A stretch of DNA of 64,000 nt from an uncultured Candidatus Saccharibacteria bacterium (lineage in GTDB: Bacteria > Patescibacteriota > Minisyncoccia > Portnoybacterales > UBA2143), in assembly GCA_964594155.1 (NCBI GenBank), contig CAZQLH010000001.1:74132-138131 (forward strand). The letters are read 5' to 3'. The position numbers and the translations under genes were made by a program. The notes under the pieces are model-generated. The model did not search any database. It saw only the letters and a list, made by a program, of their open reading frames with translations, and was not told the DNA's origin. Position 1 is the stretch's first letter. Each line of letters starts with the position of its first letter. This document shows positions 28,208-38,431 of the stretch, one piece after another.

Positions 28208-29542
28208 TTATGGCCTTCCCATGCAAATATATTCAATTCCTTTATTTCTTATTGTTTTAGGATCAAATATATTTCTTCCATCAATTATCCGGGGAACTTT
28301 CATTAATGCTTTTATCTTGCCAAAATCTACTTCTTGAAAGTCTGACCATTCGGTTAAAATAAGGAGAAGATCAGCATTTTTAAGAGCTTCATATTTATCA
28401 TCGCAAAAAACAGTAGAAGGATGATCTAATTTTACAATTTTTTTAAGTTCTTTTTTAAACTTATAAACAGCCACTGGATCATATACAAATATCTCTGCGC
28501 CTTCTTTTAAAAGCGCAGGAACTATATCCAAAGACGGCGCCTCTCTTACATCGTCAGTATTGGGCTTAAAAGAAAGCCCCCAGACTGCTATTTTCTTATT
28601 CTTAACGCGCTTCCAAAGAGTTGTTTTTATTTTTTCTACAAATAATTCTCTTTGCTTCTGGTTAATCTCAAGCACGCTTCTAATTATTTCAGCAGGTACT
28701 CTGTATTTTTTCTCTGACTTACGCAATAAACTCCTGATATCTTTTGGAAAACAACTTCCGCCAAATCCTAAACCAGCTTTAAGAAAATGGGGTCCAATTC
28801 TTTTATCCATGCCTACTCCTGCCATTACCTCTTCAACATCAGCGTTATTTTTTTCACAGATTTGAGCAACAAAATTTGTTGCTGAAATACGAAGGGCTAA
28901 GAAAAAATTGCTTATCTCTTTAATCATTTCAGCATTTCTAATGCTAGTCATGATATAAGGCGCAGGATTTGGAGAATCTATAAGAGGAGCGTATATTTTA
29001 AGAAAAATATTTTCTACAACTTCTTCGTCAGCACCAAAAATAAGGCGGTCTGGATTATTGAAATCAAAAACAGCGCTTCCTTCTCTTAATGTTTCTGGAT
29101 TTGAGCCAGTATAAAACTTTATCTCTGGATTAAAAGTAGATAATGCTCTTTTAATTTCATCTCCAGTGCCAGCAGGAACAGTTGACTTGCTAATAACAAT
29201 TAAGTTATCTTTTTTTACATTTTCAGCAATCTCTCTAGCGCTTTCAAAAACATAAAAAAGATAGTGATTGCCTTTTTCATCTGAAGGAGTTCCCACGCAA
29301 ATAAATATCACCTCTGGATTTTCCTTAAGACCGTCAATAATATTATTATGAAAACTCCATCTGTTATAATGCTCAACAAGCAAATCCTCAACTCCAGGCT
29401 CGTAAATATGGCTCTTTTTTTTATTTAACTTATCTAATTTTTCTTTATCAATATCAACTCCTATTACCTGATGCCCCCATTTAGCAAAGCATACCCCTGT
29501 TACCAAACCAACATACCCCAATCCAACAATCATAATCTTCAT
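28208..29542 (-). CDS. ugd: UDP-glucose 6-dehydrogenase (UDP-glucose/GDP-mannose dehydrogenase family)
   Basis: N-terminal Rossmann motif MKIMIVGLGYVGLVTG and catalytic Cys motif GFGGSCFPKD. Confidence 0.85.
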   Translation of the reverse strand: MKIMIVGLGYVGLVTGVCFAKWGHQVIGVDIDKEKLDKLNKKKSHIYEPGVEDLLVEHYNRWSFHNNIIDGLKENPEVIFICVGTPSDEKGNHYLFYVFESAREIAENVKKDNLIVISKSTVPAGTGDEIKRALSTFNPEIKFYTGSNPETLREGSAVFDFNNPDRLIFGADEEVVENIFLKIYAPLIDSPNPAPYIMTSIRNAEMIKEISNFFLALRISATNFVAQICEKNNADVEEVMAGVGMDKRIGPHFLKAGLGFGGSCFPKDIRSLLRKSEKKYRVPAEIIRSVLEINQKQRELFVEKIKTTLWKRVKNKKIAVWGLSFKPNTDDVREAPSLDIVPALLKEGAEIFVYDPVAVYKFKKELKKIVKLDHPSTVFCDDKYEALKNADLLLILTEWSDFQEVDFGKIKALMKVPRIIDGRNIFDPKTIRNKGIEYICMGRP

Positions 29543-29642
29543 AACCTAATACCCCCTTTATTTTTTCTATTCTATTTTTAAAAAACCTTTTATCAATAAT
29601 AACTATTAAAGTATCATAACATTAATTTACAAAAAGTAAATA

Positions 29643-30596
29643 CTAAAAAAACAAAACTTCTGTTAAAACAAAAACAAAATAAATCAATAAAAGAAAAATC
29701 GCTTCTTTTTTGGTAATCTTTTTATCAGTTCGCAGAAAGATCAAGAAAAATACTGCTGAAACAATTAAGAAAAATCGCCCGATAGCAAAAGGCGAAAAAC
29801 TGCTAATTCTAATCGGACAAATTAAAGCCACAATTCCTAAAACCAAAGTAGCTGGGATAATAACTGAACCCATTAAATTGCCAACCACCATCCAATCATT
29901 CTCTTTTTTAGCCGCCTGAATACTGAAAAATATCTCTGGCATAGCATTGCCTAAACCAATAATTAAAATTCCAATTAAAGCAACGGGTAAATTCAGAGAT
30001 GCTGAAAAAAAAGTAGCTGATCTGACAATTCCCTCAGCTGACAAGAAAAGCAAAATTATTACTCCAAGAAGAATGCCTAAATTGCTAAAAATATCCTTAA
30101 ATCTCATTGGCTTTTTTATATGATCATATATCTTGCTAAATCTTTCTTTTTTGCTAAAAAGCCAAGTAATGTAAATAATAAAAGCAATAATTAAAATCAG
30201 GCCGTCTGCCCGGGAAATCACCTTGTCAAATATTAAAAGCAAGGGCAAAATGGCAATAATTAGAGTAAAAATAGCGCTTCCTTGAACAACCCGGCTATGC
30301 AAGCTTAATTCTTTCCTTGAAATTAAAACTGCCAAAGCCACAGCTAAAGTCAAATCAATAATATTTCCGCCAACAATTTCACCAAAAGAAAGCTGGGGAA
30401 TTTTATGCAAAGCAGAACTTATCCCTACAGAAAGATTAGGCACAGCCCCAGCTAAAGCCATAGTAAAAAAAGCCACGACAAATTCTTTCCAGCCTAAAAA
30501 CTTAGCTATTCTGGTTAATACCACTACCAGCCATTTGCTGGAATAAGCCAAAACAATGAATGAAACTATGAAAATAAAAAAATAAAATAGAGTCAT
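29643..30596 (-). CDS. Ca2+/cation antiporter (CaCA family, YrbG-like)
   Basis: 317-aa polytopic membrane protein with two alpha-repeat regions containing GEIVGGNI and LGNAMPEIF (GNxxPE). Confidence 0.75.
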   Translation of the reverse strand: MTLFYFFIFIVSFIVLAYSSKWLVVVLTRIAKFLGWKEFVVAFFTMALAGAVPNLSVGISSALHKIPQLSFGEIVGGNIIDLTLAVALAVLISRKELSLHSRVVQGSAIFTLIIAILPLLLIFDKVISRADGLILIIAFIIYITWLFSKKERFSKIYDHIKKPMRFKDIFSNLGILLGVIILLFLSAEGIVRSATFFSASLNLPVALIGILIIGLGNAMPEIFFSIQAAKKENDWMVVGNLMGSVIIPATLVLGIVALICPIRISSFSPFAIGRFFLIVSAVFFLIFLRTDKKITKKEAIFLLLIYFVFVLTEVLFF

Positions 30597-30600
30597 CTGA

Positions 30601-33204
30601 TTAAAGCTTCTTTTTTATAAACGCCCATTTAGTCACTTCAATTAAAAAGATATTTAATAATCCTAATCCTAAAATTAAACTCCAATCAAAAAGATTAAGA
30701 GATGTTGTTTTAAGAAGTGTCTGCAAAAACGGAATATAAAGAGCTGACAACAACATTAAAATTCCAAATAACCAAGCTAAAAGTAAAAACTTATTAGACC
30801 AAAGATCAATCTCCCATAGATTGCGCCGCAAGCTTTTACAGGAAAAAATATAGAAAAGCGAATCAATAGTCAGTCCGGCAAAAATAACTGATCTAATATG
30901 CCCAATCTCATAATTAGAATAATTTAAAAGATAAAAGAAAAGCCCTAATAAGAGAAAATCAGTAATTAGTCCAATTATCAGAATAAGGACCTTCATTTCT
31001 TTATTTAAAAGAAAAAGTCCGAAATCATCAGGGCTTCGCTCCATAATGTCTTTTTCTTTTTCTTCAAAAGCCAAACTAATTCCCAAAGGCCCGTCTTCTA
31101 TTAAATTAACCCATAGAATTTGACCAGCTAAAATTGGCAAAGGCCAACCAAAGAATAAGCTGACACCAACCAAAACAATCTCAGTAAAACTATCTGAAAG
31201 CAAATAAGTAATAATTTTTCTGATATTATCAACAATCACCCGCCCTTCTTCAACTGCTGATTCAATAATACTAAAATTATCAGTTAAAAGAACTAAATCA
31301 GAAACTTCTTTAGCCACATCAATTCCAGACCCTAAAGCTATGCCAATGTCAGCTTTTTTTAAAGCTGGCGCGTCATTAATTCCATCGCCAGTCATAGCCA
31401 CAACTTCTCCTTGTTTTTGCCAGGCCTGAACAATTCTTAATTTTTGGCTTGGCTCAACTCTGGCGTAAACCTGAATATGTTTTAATCTTTTTTCAAATTC
31501 TTTATCGCTTAATTTATCTATATCTTTACCCTCGCAAATATTTTCTTTTTTAGTTTTAAATCCTAATTTCTCAGCTACTGCTATTGCAGTTAATTTATGA
31601 TCGCCAGTAACAATAATTGGCCTCATGCCTGCTTTTCGGCAAATATCCATTACCTCTTTTGTTCCTTTTCTAATTGGATCATGCAGGGCAAAAAAACCAA
31701 CTGAAACCATTTCTTTTATTTCCTCTTCTTGATCTTTATTTATCTTCTCATCTTTAGTTTCTCGATAAGCCGCTGCAATAACCCGGAAACCTTCGCGAGT
31801 CAGTTTTTCATATCTTTCTTTTAATCTTTTGAAATCAGATAAAAGCAGCTTTTTTTTCTTTCCATTAATGTCAATATAGGAAGACATTGATAAGATTTTT
31901 TCCGGAGAACCAACTGTATATAAAATATTACTGTATGAATTAAGCTTATGCAAACTAGCTGCGTATTTGTAATTTGAATCAAAAAGAAACCTATCAATCA
32001 ATGGCTGTTTTTTTTCAAGCTCTTTTTTTGAAAAACCTGCTTGAATACCAGCCAAAAACAATGCTCGTTCAGTTGGTCTGCCCCTGATAATCCATCTTTC
32101 AGTCGGCTCTTCAATATTTTCAATAAAGGACTCGTTGCAAAGCATAGCAATTTTTAAAGCTAAAGCGCGTGACTGAGAAAAGATCTTAGCTACTTCCATC
32201 TTAGCTTCGGTTAAAGTACCGGTTTTGTCAGTAAGAATTATTGAAGTGCTGCCCAGTGTCTCAGCTGAAGCTAATTTGCGAACCAATCCTTTTTTCTTTA
32301 AAATCTTTTGCATTCCTAAAGCTAAAATAACTGTCATAGCTACTGGCAGTCCTTCAGGAATAGCTGCTACAATAATAGCAATAGAAGTAGTAAATATTTC
32401 AATAAATTTCCCTCCAGTGACCATTCCTTCAATAAAAATAATTGAAGAAATAATTACAATAATTATCCCAACAACCTTGCTAAAACGGAACAGCTTCTTT
32501 TGATAAGGAGTTTTTTCTTCTTTTGTTTCTTTTATAATTCTTGCTATTTTCCCAATCTCTGTTTTTAATCCAGTAGCCACAACCATTGCTTTGCCCCAAC
32601 CGCTTTCAATAATTGTTCCCATATAGGCCATATTGTCTCTGTCAGCCAAAGAAATTCCTTTTGATAAAACATCTGTGTTTTTTTCAGCAGCTAACCATTC
32701 GCCAGTCAAGGCTGATTCATTGATTTTTAAATTATGATTATCAATTATTCGAACATCAGCTGGAACCTTATTGCCAGCCCTTAAAAAAACAACATCTCCA
32801 GGAACAAGATATTTCTGAAAAACCTCTCTTTCTTGGCCATTGCGAAAAACAATTGCTTTTAACTGAAGGATTTTTTTAAGATTGCCTAATGCTTGGCTGG
32901 CTTTATTTTCCTGTAAATAACCTATCCAGGTATTTAGAATAACTGCTCCAAAAATAATAATGCTGTCAGTATATTCTTTCAAAGCCAAAGCAGTAATTCC
33001 CGCAATGAGCAGAATATAAACTAAAGGACTCATTATCTGTCCTAAAAGTAATTTTAATCTATGAAATGATTTTTCTTCAGGAAGATTATTTAATCCATAT
33101 TTACCCAATCTTTTCTTAGCTTCTGTCTCGTTTATTCCTCTTGCCCCTGATTTCAATTCCTGAAAAACTTTTTTAATTGAAAAACTATGCCATGCTTTTT
33201 GCAT
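30601..33204 (-). CDS. P-type cation-transporting ATPase (type IIA, Ca2+-ATPase-like)
   Basis: 867 aa. Phosphorylation motif DKTGTLT and hinge motif VAMTGDGINDAPALKKADIGIALG. The N-terminal cation-ATPase domain is present, followed by 10 TM segments. Confidence 0.9.
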   Translation of the reverse strand: MQKAWHSFSIKKVFQELKSGARGINETEAKKRLGKYGLNNLPEEKSFHRLKLLLGQIMSPLVYILLIAGITALALKEYTDSIIIFGAVILNTWIGYLQENKASQALGNLKKILQLKAIVFRNGQEREVFQKYLVPGDVVFLRAGNKVPADVRIIDNHNLKINESALTGEWLAAEKNTDVLSKGISLADRDNMAYMGTIIESGWGKAMVVATGLKTEIGKIARIIKETKEEKTPYQKKLFRFSKVVGIIIVIISSIIFIEGMVTGGKFIEIFTTSIAIIVAAIPEGLPVAMTVILALGMQKILKKKGLVRKLASAETLGSTSIILTDKTGTLTEAKMEVAKIFSQSRALALKIAMLCNESFIENIEEPTERWIIRGRPTERALFLAGIQAGFSKKELEKKQPLIDRFLFDSNYKYAASLHKLNSYSNILYTVGSPEKILSMSSYIDINGKKKKLLLSDFKRLKERYEKLTREGFRVIAAAYRETKDEKINKDQEEEIKEMVSVGFFALHDPIRKGTKEVMDICRKAGMRPIIVTGDHKLTAIAVAEKLGFKTKKENICEGKDIDKLSDKEFEKRLKHIQVYARVEPSQKLRIVQAWQKQGEVVAMTGDGINDAPALKKADIGIALGSGIDVAKEVSDLVLLTDNFSIIESAVEEGRVIVDNIRKIITYLLSDSFTEIVLVGVSLFFGWPLPILAGQILWVNLIEDGPLGISLAFEEKEKDIMERSPDDFGLFLLNKEMKVLILIIGLITDFLLLGLFFYLLNYSNYEIGHIRSVIFAGLTIDSLFYIFSCKSLRRNLWEIDLWSNKFLLLAWLFGILMLLSALYIPFLQTLLKTTSLNLFDWSLILGLGLLNIFLIEVTKWAFIKKKL

Positions 33205-33226
33205 ATTATTATTATACCATACTTAA

Positions 33227-33256
33227 ATAAAAAAACTGACAAAACTCAAGTCAGTT
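33227..33256 (-). terminator. Rho-independent terminator downstream of the 33288-33554 gene
   Basis: aactgac-aaaactcaa-gtcagtt hairpin, preceded by A7 on the plus strand (T7 follows on the minus strand). Confidence 0.55.
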
Positions 33257-33287
33257 ATGCTCTTAATACAAATTTTTCATACTCTAA

Positions 33288-33554
33288 TTATTCTGTTATT
33301 TTATAAACCTCATCACCTTCTCTGGCTTGCTGATCAACTTTTAACCCGGCTGATTGTCCTTTTTTGGCTTTTTCTACATTTTCATGCTCTATTTGCAATG
33401 ACTCAATTTTTTGTTCAAAATCGCTAGTAGCTCCTTTAATATGAATCTTATCGCCTATTTTTAATTCTCCATTAGTAACCTCAACCACTGCCACGCCAAT
33501 ATTAGTGAAGTAATGAGTAACTTTGCCAACTAATTTTTCTTCCATAACTTTCAC
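33288..33554 (-). CDS. Small hypothetical protein, possibly an EF-Tu domain-2-like beta-barrel
   Basis: 88 aa. VGKVTHYFTNIGVAVVEVTNGELKIGDKIHIKG resembles the small beta-barrel of translation-factor domain 2. This is weak, motif-level similarity only. Confidence 0.35.
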   Translation of the reverse strand: MKVMEEKLVGKVTHYFTNIGVAVVEVTNGELKIGDKIHIKGATSDFEQKIESLQIEHENVEKAKKGQSAGLKVDQQAREGDEVYKITE

Positions 33555-33565
33555 CTCCTTTCATG

Positions 33566-33637
33566 TAGCCCCACGGGGAATCGAACCCCGGTTACCAGAC
33601 TGAGAACCTGGCGTCCTAACCACTAGACGATGGGGCC
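33566..33637 (-). tRNA. tRNA-Glu (anticodon CTC)
   Basis: The reverse complement GGCCCCATCGTCTAGTGGTTAGGACGCCAGGTTCTCAGTCTGGTAACCGGGGTTCGATTCCCCGTGGGGCTA aligns with E. coli tRNA-Glu. The anticodon loop is TTCTCAG and the T-loop is TTCGATT. Confidence 0.8.
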
Positions 33638-33662
33638 ATCGTCTTTAGTGTGCCATAAATAA

Positions 33663-34940
33663 TTAATTCTGTCCAACTAATAATTCATTGGCTCTTTCTG
33701 GTTCAGCCATAATTTCTTTAACAATTTTTTCCATTTTTATTGAACGCGATCCTTTTATTAAAATAATATCGCCTTTTTTAATTTCTTGCTGAAGAGGAAT
33801 ACATGCTTCACTTGATTGAGAGAATTCAAAAACCTTATCTTTGGATAATCCTTGTTTTTTAGCTTCGTCAGATATAAAGATAGATCTCTGGCCAACTGTA
33901 AAAAGCAGATCAACAACTGAAGCAACCTTTTGTCCAACTTGCCGATGCCCATTTTCTGTTTCTTCTCCTAATTCCATCATATCCCCTAAAACAGCTATTT
34001 TTCTACCCTCTTGGCCTGCGCCTGCTGCGTCTAAAATATCCAAAGCTGCTAAAACAGCCAATGGCGAAGCATTATAGCTGTCATCAATAATCCACACACC
34101 TTTAACTCCTTTAATAATATTAGTTCGCCCAGGCAAATAATAATGCTCTCTAAAAATTTCTGAAACTTCAACTAAATTAATATTAAAAAACGAACCAACG
34201 CTGGCTGCGGCTGCTATTGCGTAAACCTGTTGTTTGCCTAAGGCCTTTAATAATCTTACTGGAACAATACTTCCTTTATAATCCATTTTAAAGTTTATCC
34301 CAAAATCTCCTTTGTTAAAATCATTAATTTCCAATTCAAAGTTATCAATTCGCAAATCAGCTCCTTGGCCAAAACCATAGTTAATCTTTTTAATTTTTTC
34401 AGGCAATTCATCGCCTGCCATCCTAATAGACAAATCATCATAATTTAAAACAGCTAAACCGTCTTTGGGCAAAGATTTAACTAACAAAGCTTTTTCTTCA
34501 ACTAACCTGCCTTTTTCTGGAAAAAACTCTATATGAACTGGAAATTCGCCAATAGCTGTAAAAACGCCTACTTTAACCGGTATAAAACTTGTTAAATACT
34601 TCATATCGCCTGGCCGGTCAACTCCCATTTCTAAAACTAAAATCTTTGGGTAGTTTCTTTGCCAAATAATTGTTTTTATTGTTTTTAGAAAAATAATCAT
34701 CCAGGCAAATATTGAAGATCTTCCTGTTTCTAATCCTAAAATAGTTAAAGGCGCTCCTATCTCATTATTATAGCTCCCTATATTTCTCCTTACCTGAAAT
34801 CTTTTTTTTAAAACAAGGTAGATTGCTTCTTTGGTGCTGGTTTTGCCAACACTGCCAGTCACAGCCACAACAATTGGCTTGTAACGCCAAAGAACAATCT
34901 TGGCTAATATTTTAAGAATGTATTCTAAAATTTTTATCAT
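33663..34940 (-). CDS. murF: UDP-MurNAc-tripeptide--D-alanyl-D-alanine ligase MurF
   Basis: The P-loop VAVTGSVGKTSTKE and Mur ligase central and C-terminal domains are present. It lies downstream of ftsI. Confidence 0.85.
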   Translation of the reverse strand: MIKILEYILKILAKIVLWRYKPIVVAVTGSVGKTSTKEAIYLVLKKRFQVRRNIGSYNNEIGAPLTILGLETGRSSIFAWMIIFLKTIKTIIWQRNYPKILVLEMGVDRPGDMKYLTSFIPVKVGVFTAIGEFPVHIEFFPEKGRLVEEKALLVKSLPKDGLAVLNYDDLSIRMAGDELPEKIKKINYGFGQGADLRIDNFELEINDFNKGDFGINFKMDYKGSIVPVRLLKALGKQQVYAIAAAASVGSFFNINLVEVSEIFREHYYLPGRTNIIKGVKGVWIIDDSYNASPLAVLAALDILDAAGAGQEGRKIAVLGDMMELGEETENGHRQVGQKVASVVDLLFTVGQRSIFISDEAKKQGLSKDKVFEFSQSSEACIPLQQEIKKGDIILIKGSRSIKMEKIVKEIMAEPERANELLVGQN

Positions 34941-34941
34941 A

Positions 34942-36666
34942 TTATTGAGGCGGTATTTCTAAATAATTAAACAGGTATTCAGCCAATCTCTTAAAAACCG
35001 GTCCAACTGAATCAGAAGCAAATCGAATCCCCTGCGGCTTGTCTATTTTGATTAAAATAATAAACTTAGGATTAAAAGCCGGGGCAAATCCAACAAAAGT
35101 ATGAATGGTTTCTTCTTCAAAATAGCCTCCTTTTTCTAAATCAGGGATTTGAGCAGTGCCGGTTTTCCCAGCTATATTATAGCCGCTTACCCGCGCTGGT
35201 CTGCCAAAACCGTTTTCTGTCACGCTAACCATCATTTTGGTCAATTCTTTAGCTGTTTTTGAAGAAATAGGCTCTCCAACAATTTCTGGCTTAGTGATTA
35301 TTTCTGTTCCATCTGAATAAACTATTTTCTTAACTAAGAAAGGACGCATTATTTTTCCATTATTGGCAATAGATCCAAGCGCAGTAATTAATCCTAAGGG
35401 AGTAACAGTAATCCCTTGCCCAAAAGAAATAGTTGCTAAGTTTATTTCCCGCTTGGTAAATAAATTAGAAATATCTCCGCCAACTTCGCCATTTAAATCT
35501 ATTTTGGTTGGCTTATGAAAATTAAACCTTTGAATATATTCTTTAAAAATATCTTGGCCTATTTTCTGCTGAACAAAAACTGCTCCTGTGTTTAATGACT
35601 TTTCTAAAACCTCAGTCATGGTCTGCTGGTTATAGGCCTTGCCGTCAACATTTCTAATAACGCTTCCTTTAATTCTAACCTGTCCTGTATCCTGATAAGC
35701 AGTTTGAGGAGTAACTTTACGGCTGTCTATTCCAATAGCCATGGTAATAGGCTTAAAAACCGACCCTGGCTCGTAAACTTTTTGAATTGACGGATTTAAA
35801 AAAACATTAATATTTTCCACCATATTATACTCATTTGGATCAAAGGCCGGCCAATTAGCCATAGCTAGAATAGCTCCGCTGTCTGGCTCCATAATAATAA
35901 TGCTTCCTGATTCAGCTTTTCTCTGTTCAATTGTCTGAATTAATTCTTTTTCTGCCTTAAACTGAATATTTTGATCAATAGTTAAAATCAATTTTGCGCC
36001 GTCTTTAGCTGATTCTAATCTTTGATTAAAAGAAGGAATTCCATAGCCAGTTGTGTCTTTTTCTCCTGTTAAAAAACCGATTTGTCCTTTTAATTCATCT
36101 TCATAATATCCTTCTAAGCCATACTGGCCGATTTTCTTTTCATTGGCTTCTCCTACAAAACCCATTACATGACTAGCAAGTGTATTGTTAGGATAATAGC
36201 GCCAAGTTTCTGGAGCTAATCCTAACCCTTTAAAAGATAATTCCTTAATCTGATTAGCTGTTTCTTGATCAACTTTATGCTTTAATGGCTCATAAGGATC
36301 ATCTTGCTTGTTTACTCTTTGTAAAATAAGTTCTTTGTCTAAATCAAGCAAATCAGACAACTGATTGGCTAAATCATCTTTTTCCTCTTCAATGGCTTTT
36401 TTAGGAATAAGATAGACCTGTTGAAATTCCTTGTTAACAGCTAAAGGATAATAGAATTCATCTTTATTTCTCCGGCTTACTGATAAATCTTGAAGAAATA
36501 TTTCTCCCCGTTCAGGAAAAAGCGTTTTATAAAGTTGGTGCTGGTCTTGAGCTAAAGCGCTATAATAGTCATACTGTAAAATCTGGAGAGAAAATAAGCG
36601 GGCTAAAACCCCGCCACCTACTAAAAAGACAATAATTAACAATAAATAAATGCGCCAATATCTCAT
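34942..36666 (-). CDS. ftsI: Penicillin-binding protein 2B/3 (FtsI-like transpeptidase)
   Basis: N-terminal TM, a PBP dimerisation domain and a transpeptidase domain carrying the SxxK (SVFKPIT), SxN (SLNTGAVF) and KTGT (AGKTGTAQI) motifs. Confidence 0.85.
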   Translation of the reverse strand: MRYWRIYLLLIIVFLVGGGVLARLFSLQILQYDYYSALAQDQHQLYKTLFPERGEIFLQDLSVSRRNKDEFYYPLAVNKEFQQVYLIPKKAIEEEKDDLANQLSDLLDLDKELILQRVNKQDDPYEPLKHKVDQETANQIKELSFKGLGLAPETWRYYPNNTLASHVMGFVGEANEKKIGQYGLEGYYEDELKGQIGFLTGEKDTTGYGIPSFNQRLESAKDGAKLILTIDQNIQFKAEKELIQTIEQRKAESGSIIIMEPDSGAILAMANWPAFDPNEYNMVENINVFLNPSIQKVYEPGSVFKPITMAIGIDSRKVTPQTAYQDTGQVRIKGSVIRNVDGKAYNQQTMTEVLEKSLNTGAVFVQQKIGQDIFKEYIQRFNFHKPTKIDLNGEVGGDISNLFTKREINLATISFGQGITVTPLGLITALGSIANNGKIMRPFLVKKIVYSDGTEIITKPEIVGEPISSKTAKELTKMMVSVTENGFGRPARVSGYNIAGKTGTAQIPDLEKGGYFEEETIHTFVGFAPAFNPKFIILIKIDKPQGIRFASDSVGPVFKRLAEYLFNYLEIPPQ

Positions 36667-36669
36667 AAG

Positions 36670-37005
36670 CTATTCTTTCATAGCCATTTCTCTTTCTGTT
36701 TTTAAATAAATTACCTGTCCTGATTCAATCATTCCCAATGATTTAACTATTTCTTCTAAATTAATAGGTGATTGTGATTTAGCAATTTCCATTTCCATAT
36801 TTTGATTTTCTGCTTGAAGTTTTTTAAGATGCTCTTTTTGTTGTCTAATTTCATAACTGCAGCTAACCAAACTATTGGTTTGGATTAGGTATAAGAAGCC
36901 AAAAATTAAAACAGTGGAAATAATTAAAATATTCAAAATAGCCAAGCCGCGATTACGGCTGAACCTTTGGAATTTTTTAGATTTAATGTAAGTCATATAA
37001 GTCAT
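36670..37005 (-). CDS. ftsL: Cell-division protein FtsL-like (septum formation initiator family)
   Basis: 111 aa with a single N-terminal TM followed by a coiled coil (LKKLQAENQNMEMEIAK). It lies between rsmH and ftsI. Confidence 0.5.
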   Translation of the reverse strand: MTYMTYIKSKKFQRFSRNRGLAILNILIISTVLIFGFLYLIQTNSLVSCSYEIRQQKEHLKKLQAENQNMEMEIAKSQSPINLEEIVKSLGMIESGQVIYLKTEREMAMKE

Positions 37006-37880
37006 AATTTTTCAACAGCTCTAAGCTTGGCGCTTCGGCTTCGAATATTTAATTGTATTTCTTCTTGATTAGCTCTAATTGGCTTCTTAAATAAAATCTT
37101 TACATATCCATCTTTACCTGATTGACGAAAAAAATGTTTAACAATCCTATCTTCTAAAGAATGAAAAGAAATCACCACTAACCTGCCATTTGTTTCTAAA
37201 ACTTCTAAAGCTTGCGGCAAGGCCTTTTCTAAATTATCCAATTCATTATTAACAGCTATTCGCAAGGCCTGAAATATTCGCGTAGCAAAATGAATCCGTC
37301 CATATCTATACCTATTAGGAATCGCTTGTTTAATAATTTCTACTAATTGATCAGTTGTTTTAATTGGCTTAATCTTTCTTTTTTGACAAATCAATTTAGC
37401 AATTGAACGAGAATATCTTTCTTCTCCGTATTCTTTAAATACTTCCATTAATTCATTTTCTGTCCATTGATTAACTATTTCTTCAGCTGTTAAATCATTT
37501 CCAGAATAATTCATTATTAATGGCTCGTTTTTTTGAAAAGAAAATCCTTTTTTGCTTTTTTCAAAATGCCAGGATGATATTCCTAAATCAAGCAAAATTC
37601 CATTAACTAAAGCAAATTCATTCTCCTTTGTTATTTCCTTTAAATCAGCAAAATTTCCATGGGTTAAAATCAATCTCTGATTAGAAGCTTTTTTCTTTAA
37701 AATTTCTAAAATCCTTTTATCAGAATCAATTCCTAAAACTTTTCCATCTGGCTTGTTTTTTTCCAAAATTGATAAAGCATGCCCTCCAAATCCAACTGTG
37801 CAATCAATAAAATTCTTATTAAAAGACGGATTAAGATATTCTAAAACCTCTTTTAAGAGTACTGGCTGGTGCATAATCAA
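37002..37880 (-). CDS. rsmH: 16S rRNA (cytosine1402-N4)-methyltransferase RsmH (MraW)
   Basis: MIMHQPVLLKEVLEYL...DCTVGFGGHA is the RsmH N-terminal signature, and ISFHSLEDRIVK is the RsmH C-terminal motif. Confidence 0.9.
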   Translation of the reverse strand: MIMHQPVLLKEVLEYLNPSFNKNFIDCTVGFGGHALSILEKNKPDGKVLGIDSDKRILEILKKKASNQRLILTHGNFADLKEITKENEFALVNGILLDLGISSWHFEKSKKGFSFQKNEPLIMNYSGNDLTAEEIVNQWTENELMEVFKEYGEERYSRSIAKLICQKRKIKPIKTTDQLVEIIKQAIPNRYRYGRIHFATRIFQALRIAVNNELDNLEKALPQALEVLETNGRLVVISFHSLEDRIVKHFFRQSGKDGYVKILFKKPIRANQEEIQLNIRSRSAKLRAVEKL

Positions 37881-38308
37881 AACCCTAACTCTCCCAATTT
37901 AGCCGCTAAATCGCCAACTTCTTTTTCAGCTTGTTGCTTATATGACTCCCACTTATCTTCAGACCATATTTCTAAACGAGTATAAAGGCCGATAACAACA
38001 GCATTTTTTTTTAAGAAAGCATAATTCTTAAGATAGTCTGGGATAAGAATTCTGCCCAATCTGTCAAATTTAACCGACATAGCCCCTGCTAACATTACCC
38101 TGGCAAAACTTCGCGCTTCAACTTGACTTGATGGCAATTGTCCCAACTTTTTAGCTGTGTTTTCCCATTCCTTTGATGAGTAAAGAACCAAACAACTATC
38201 AATGCCGCGAGTAATAACCGCTCCCTGCTTAAAAGCGCGTCTAAACTTAGCTGGAATAGCTAATCTTTTTTTAGTATCAATTGTATGTTTGTATTCGCCA
38301 ATTAGCAT
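37877..38308 (-). CDS. mraZ: Transcriptional regulator MraZ
   Basis: 143 aa with two SpoVT/AbrB-like repeats (DTKKRLAIPAKFR and KFDRLGRILIPDYLKNYA). It is the first gene of the dcw half-cluster. Confidence 0.85.
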   Translation of the reverse strand: MLIGEYKHTIDTKKRLAIPAKFRRAFKQGAVITRGIDSCLVLYSSKEWENTAKKLGQLPSSQVEARSFARVMLAGAMSVKFDRLGRILIPDYLKNYAFLKKNAVVIGLYTRLEIWSEDKWESYKQQAEKEVGDLAAKLGELGF

Positions 38309-38313
38309 AGTTT

Positions 38314-38350
38314 TCCACAGTTTTACCTATTTATCCCCACCTTTATCCAC
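38314..38350 (-). promoter_or_regulatory. MraZ-box-like direct repeats GTGG(A/G) in the mraZ 5' UTR
   Basis: On the minus strand, GTGGA (38350-38346), GTGGGG (38340-38335) and GTGGA (38318-38314) are spaced about 10 and 21 bp apart, downstream of the promoter. This matches the known MraZ operator architecture (TGGGN direct repeats). Confidence 0.5.
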
Positions 38351-38369
38351 AATTGTTCTTTACACTCCC

Positions 38370-38398
38370 ATTATATGTCACTTTATATCTTGTGTCAA
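38370..38398 (-). promoter_or_regulatory. Consensus sigma70-type promoter of the mraZ operon
   Basis: Minus strand reads TTGACA (38398-38393), a 17-nt spacer, then TATAAT (38375-38370), about 60 nt upstream of the mraZ ATG. Confidence 0.7.
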
Positions 38399-38431
38399 AC
38401 ACTTCAAATTCAAGGATTTTTAAGATTGGAT

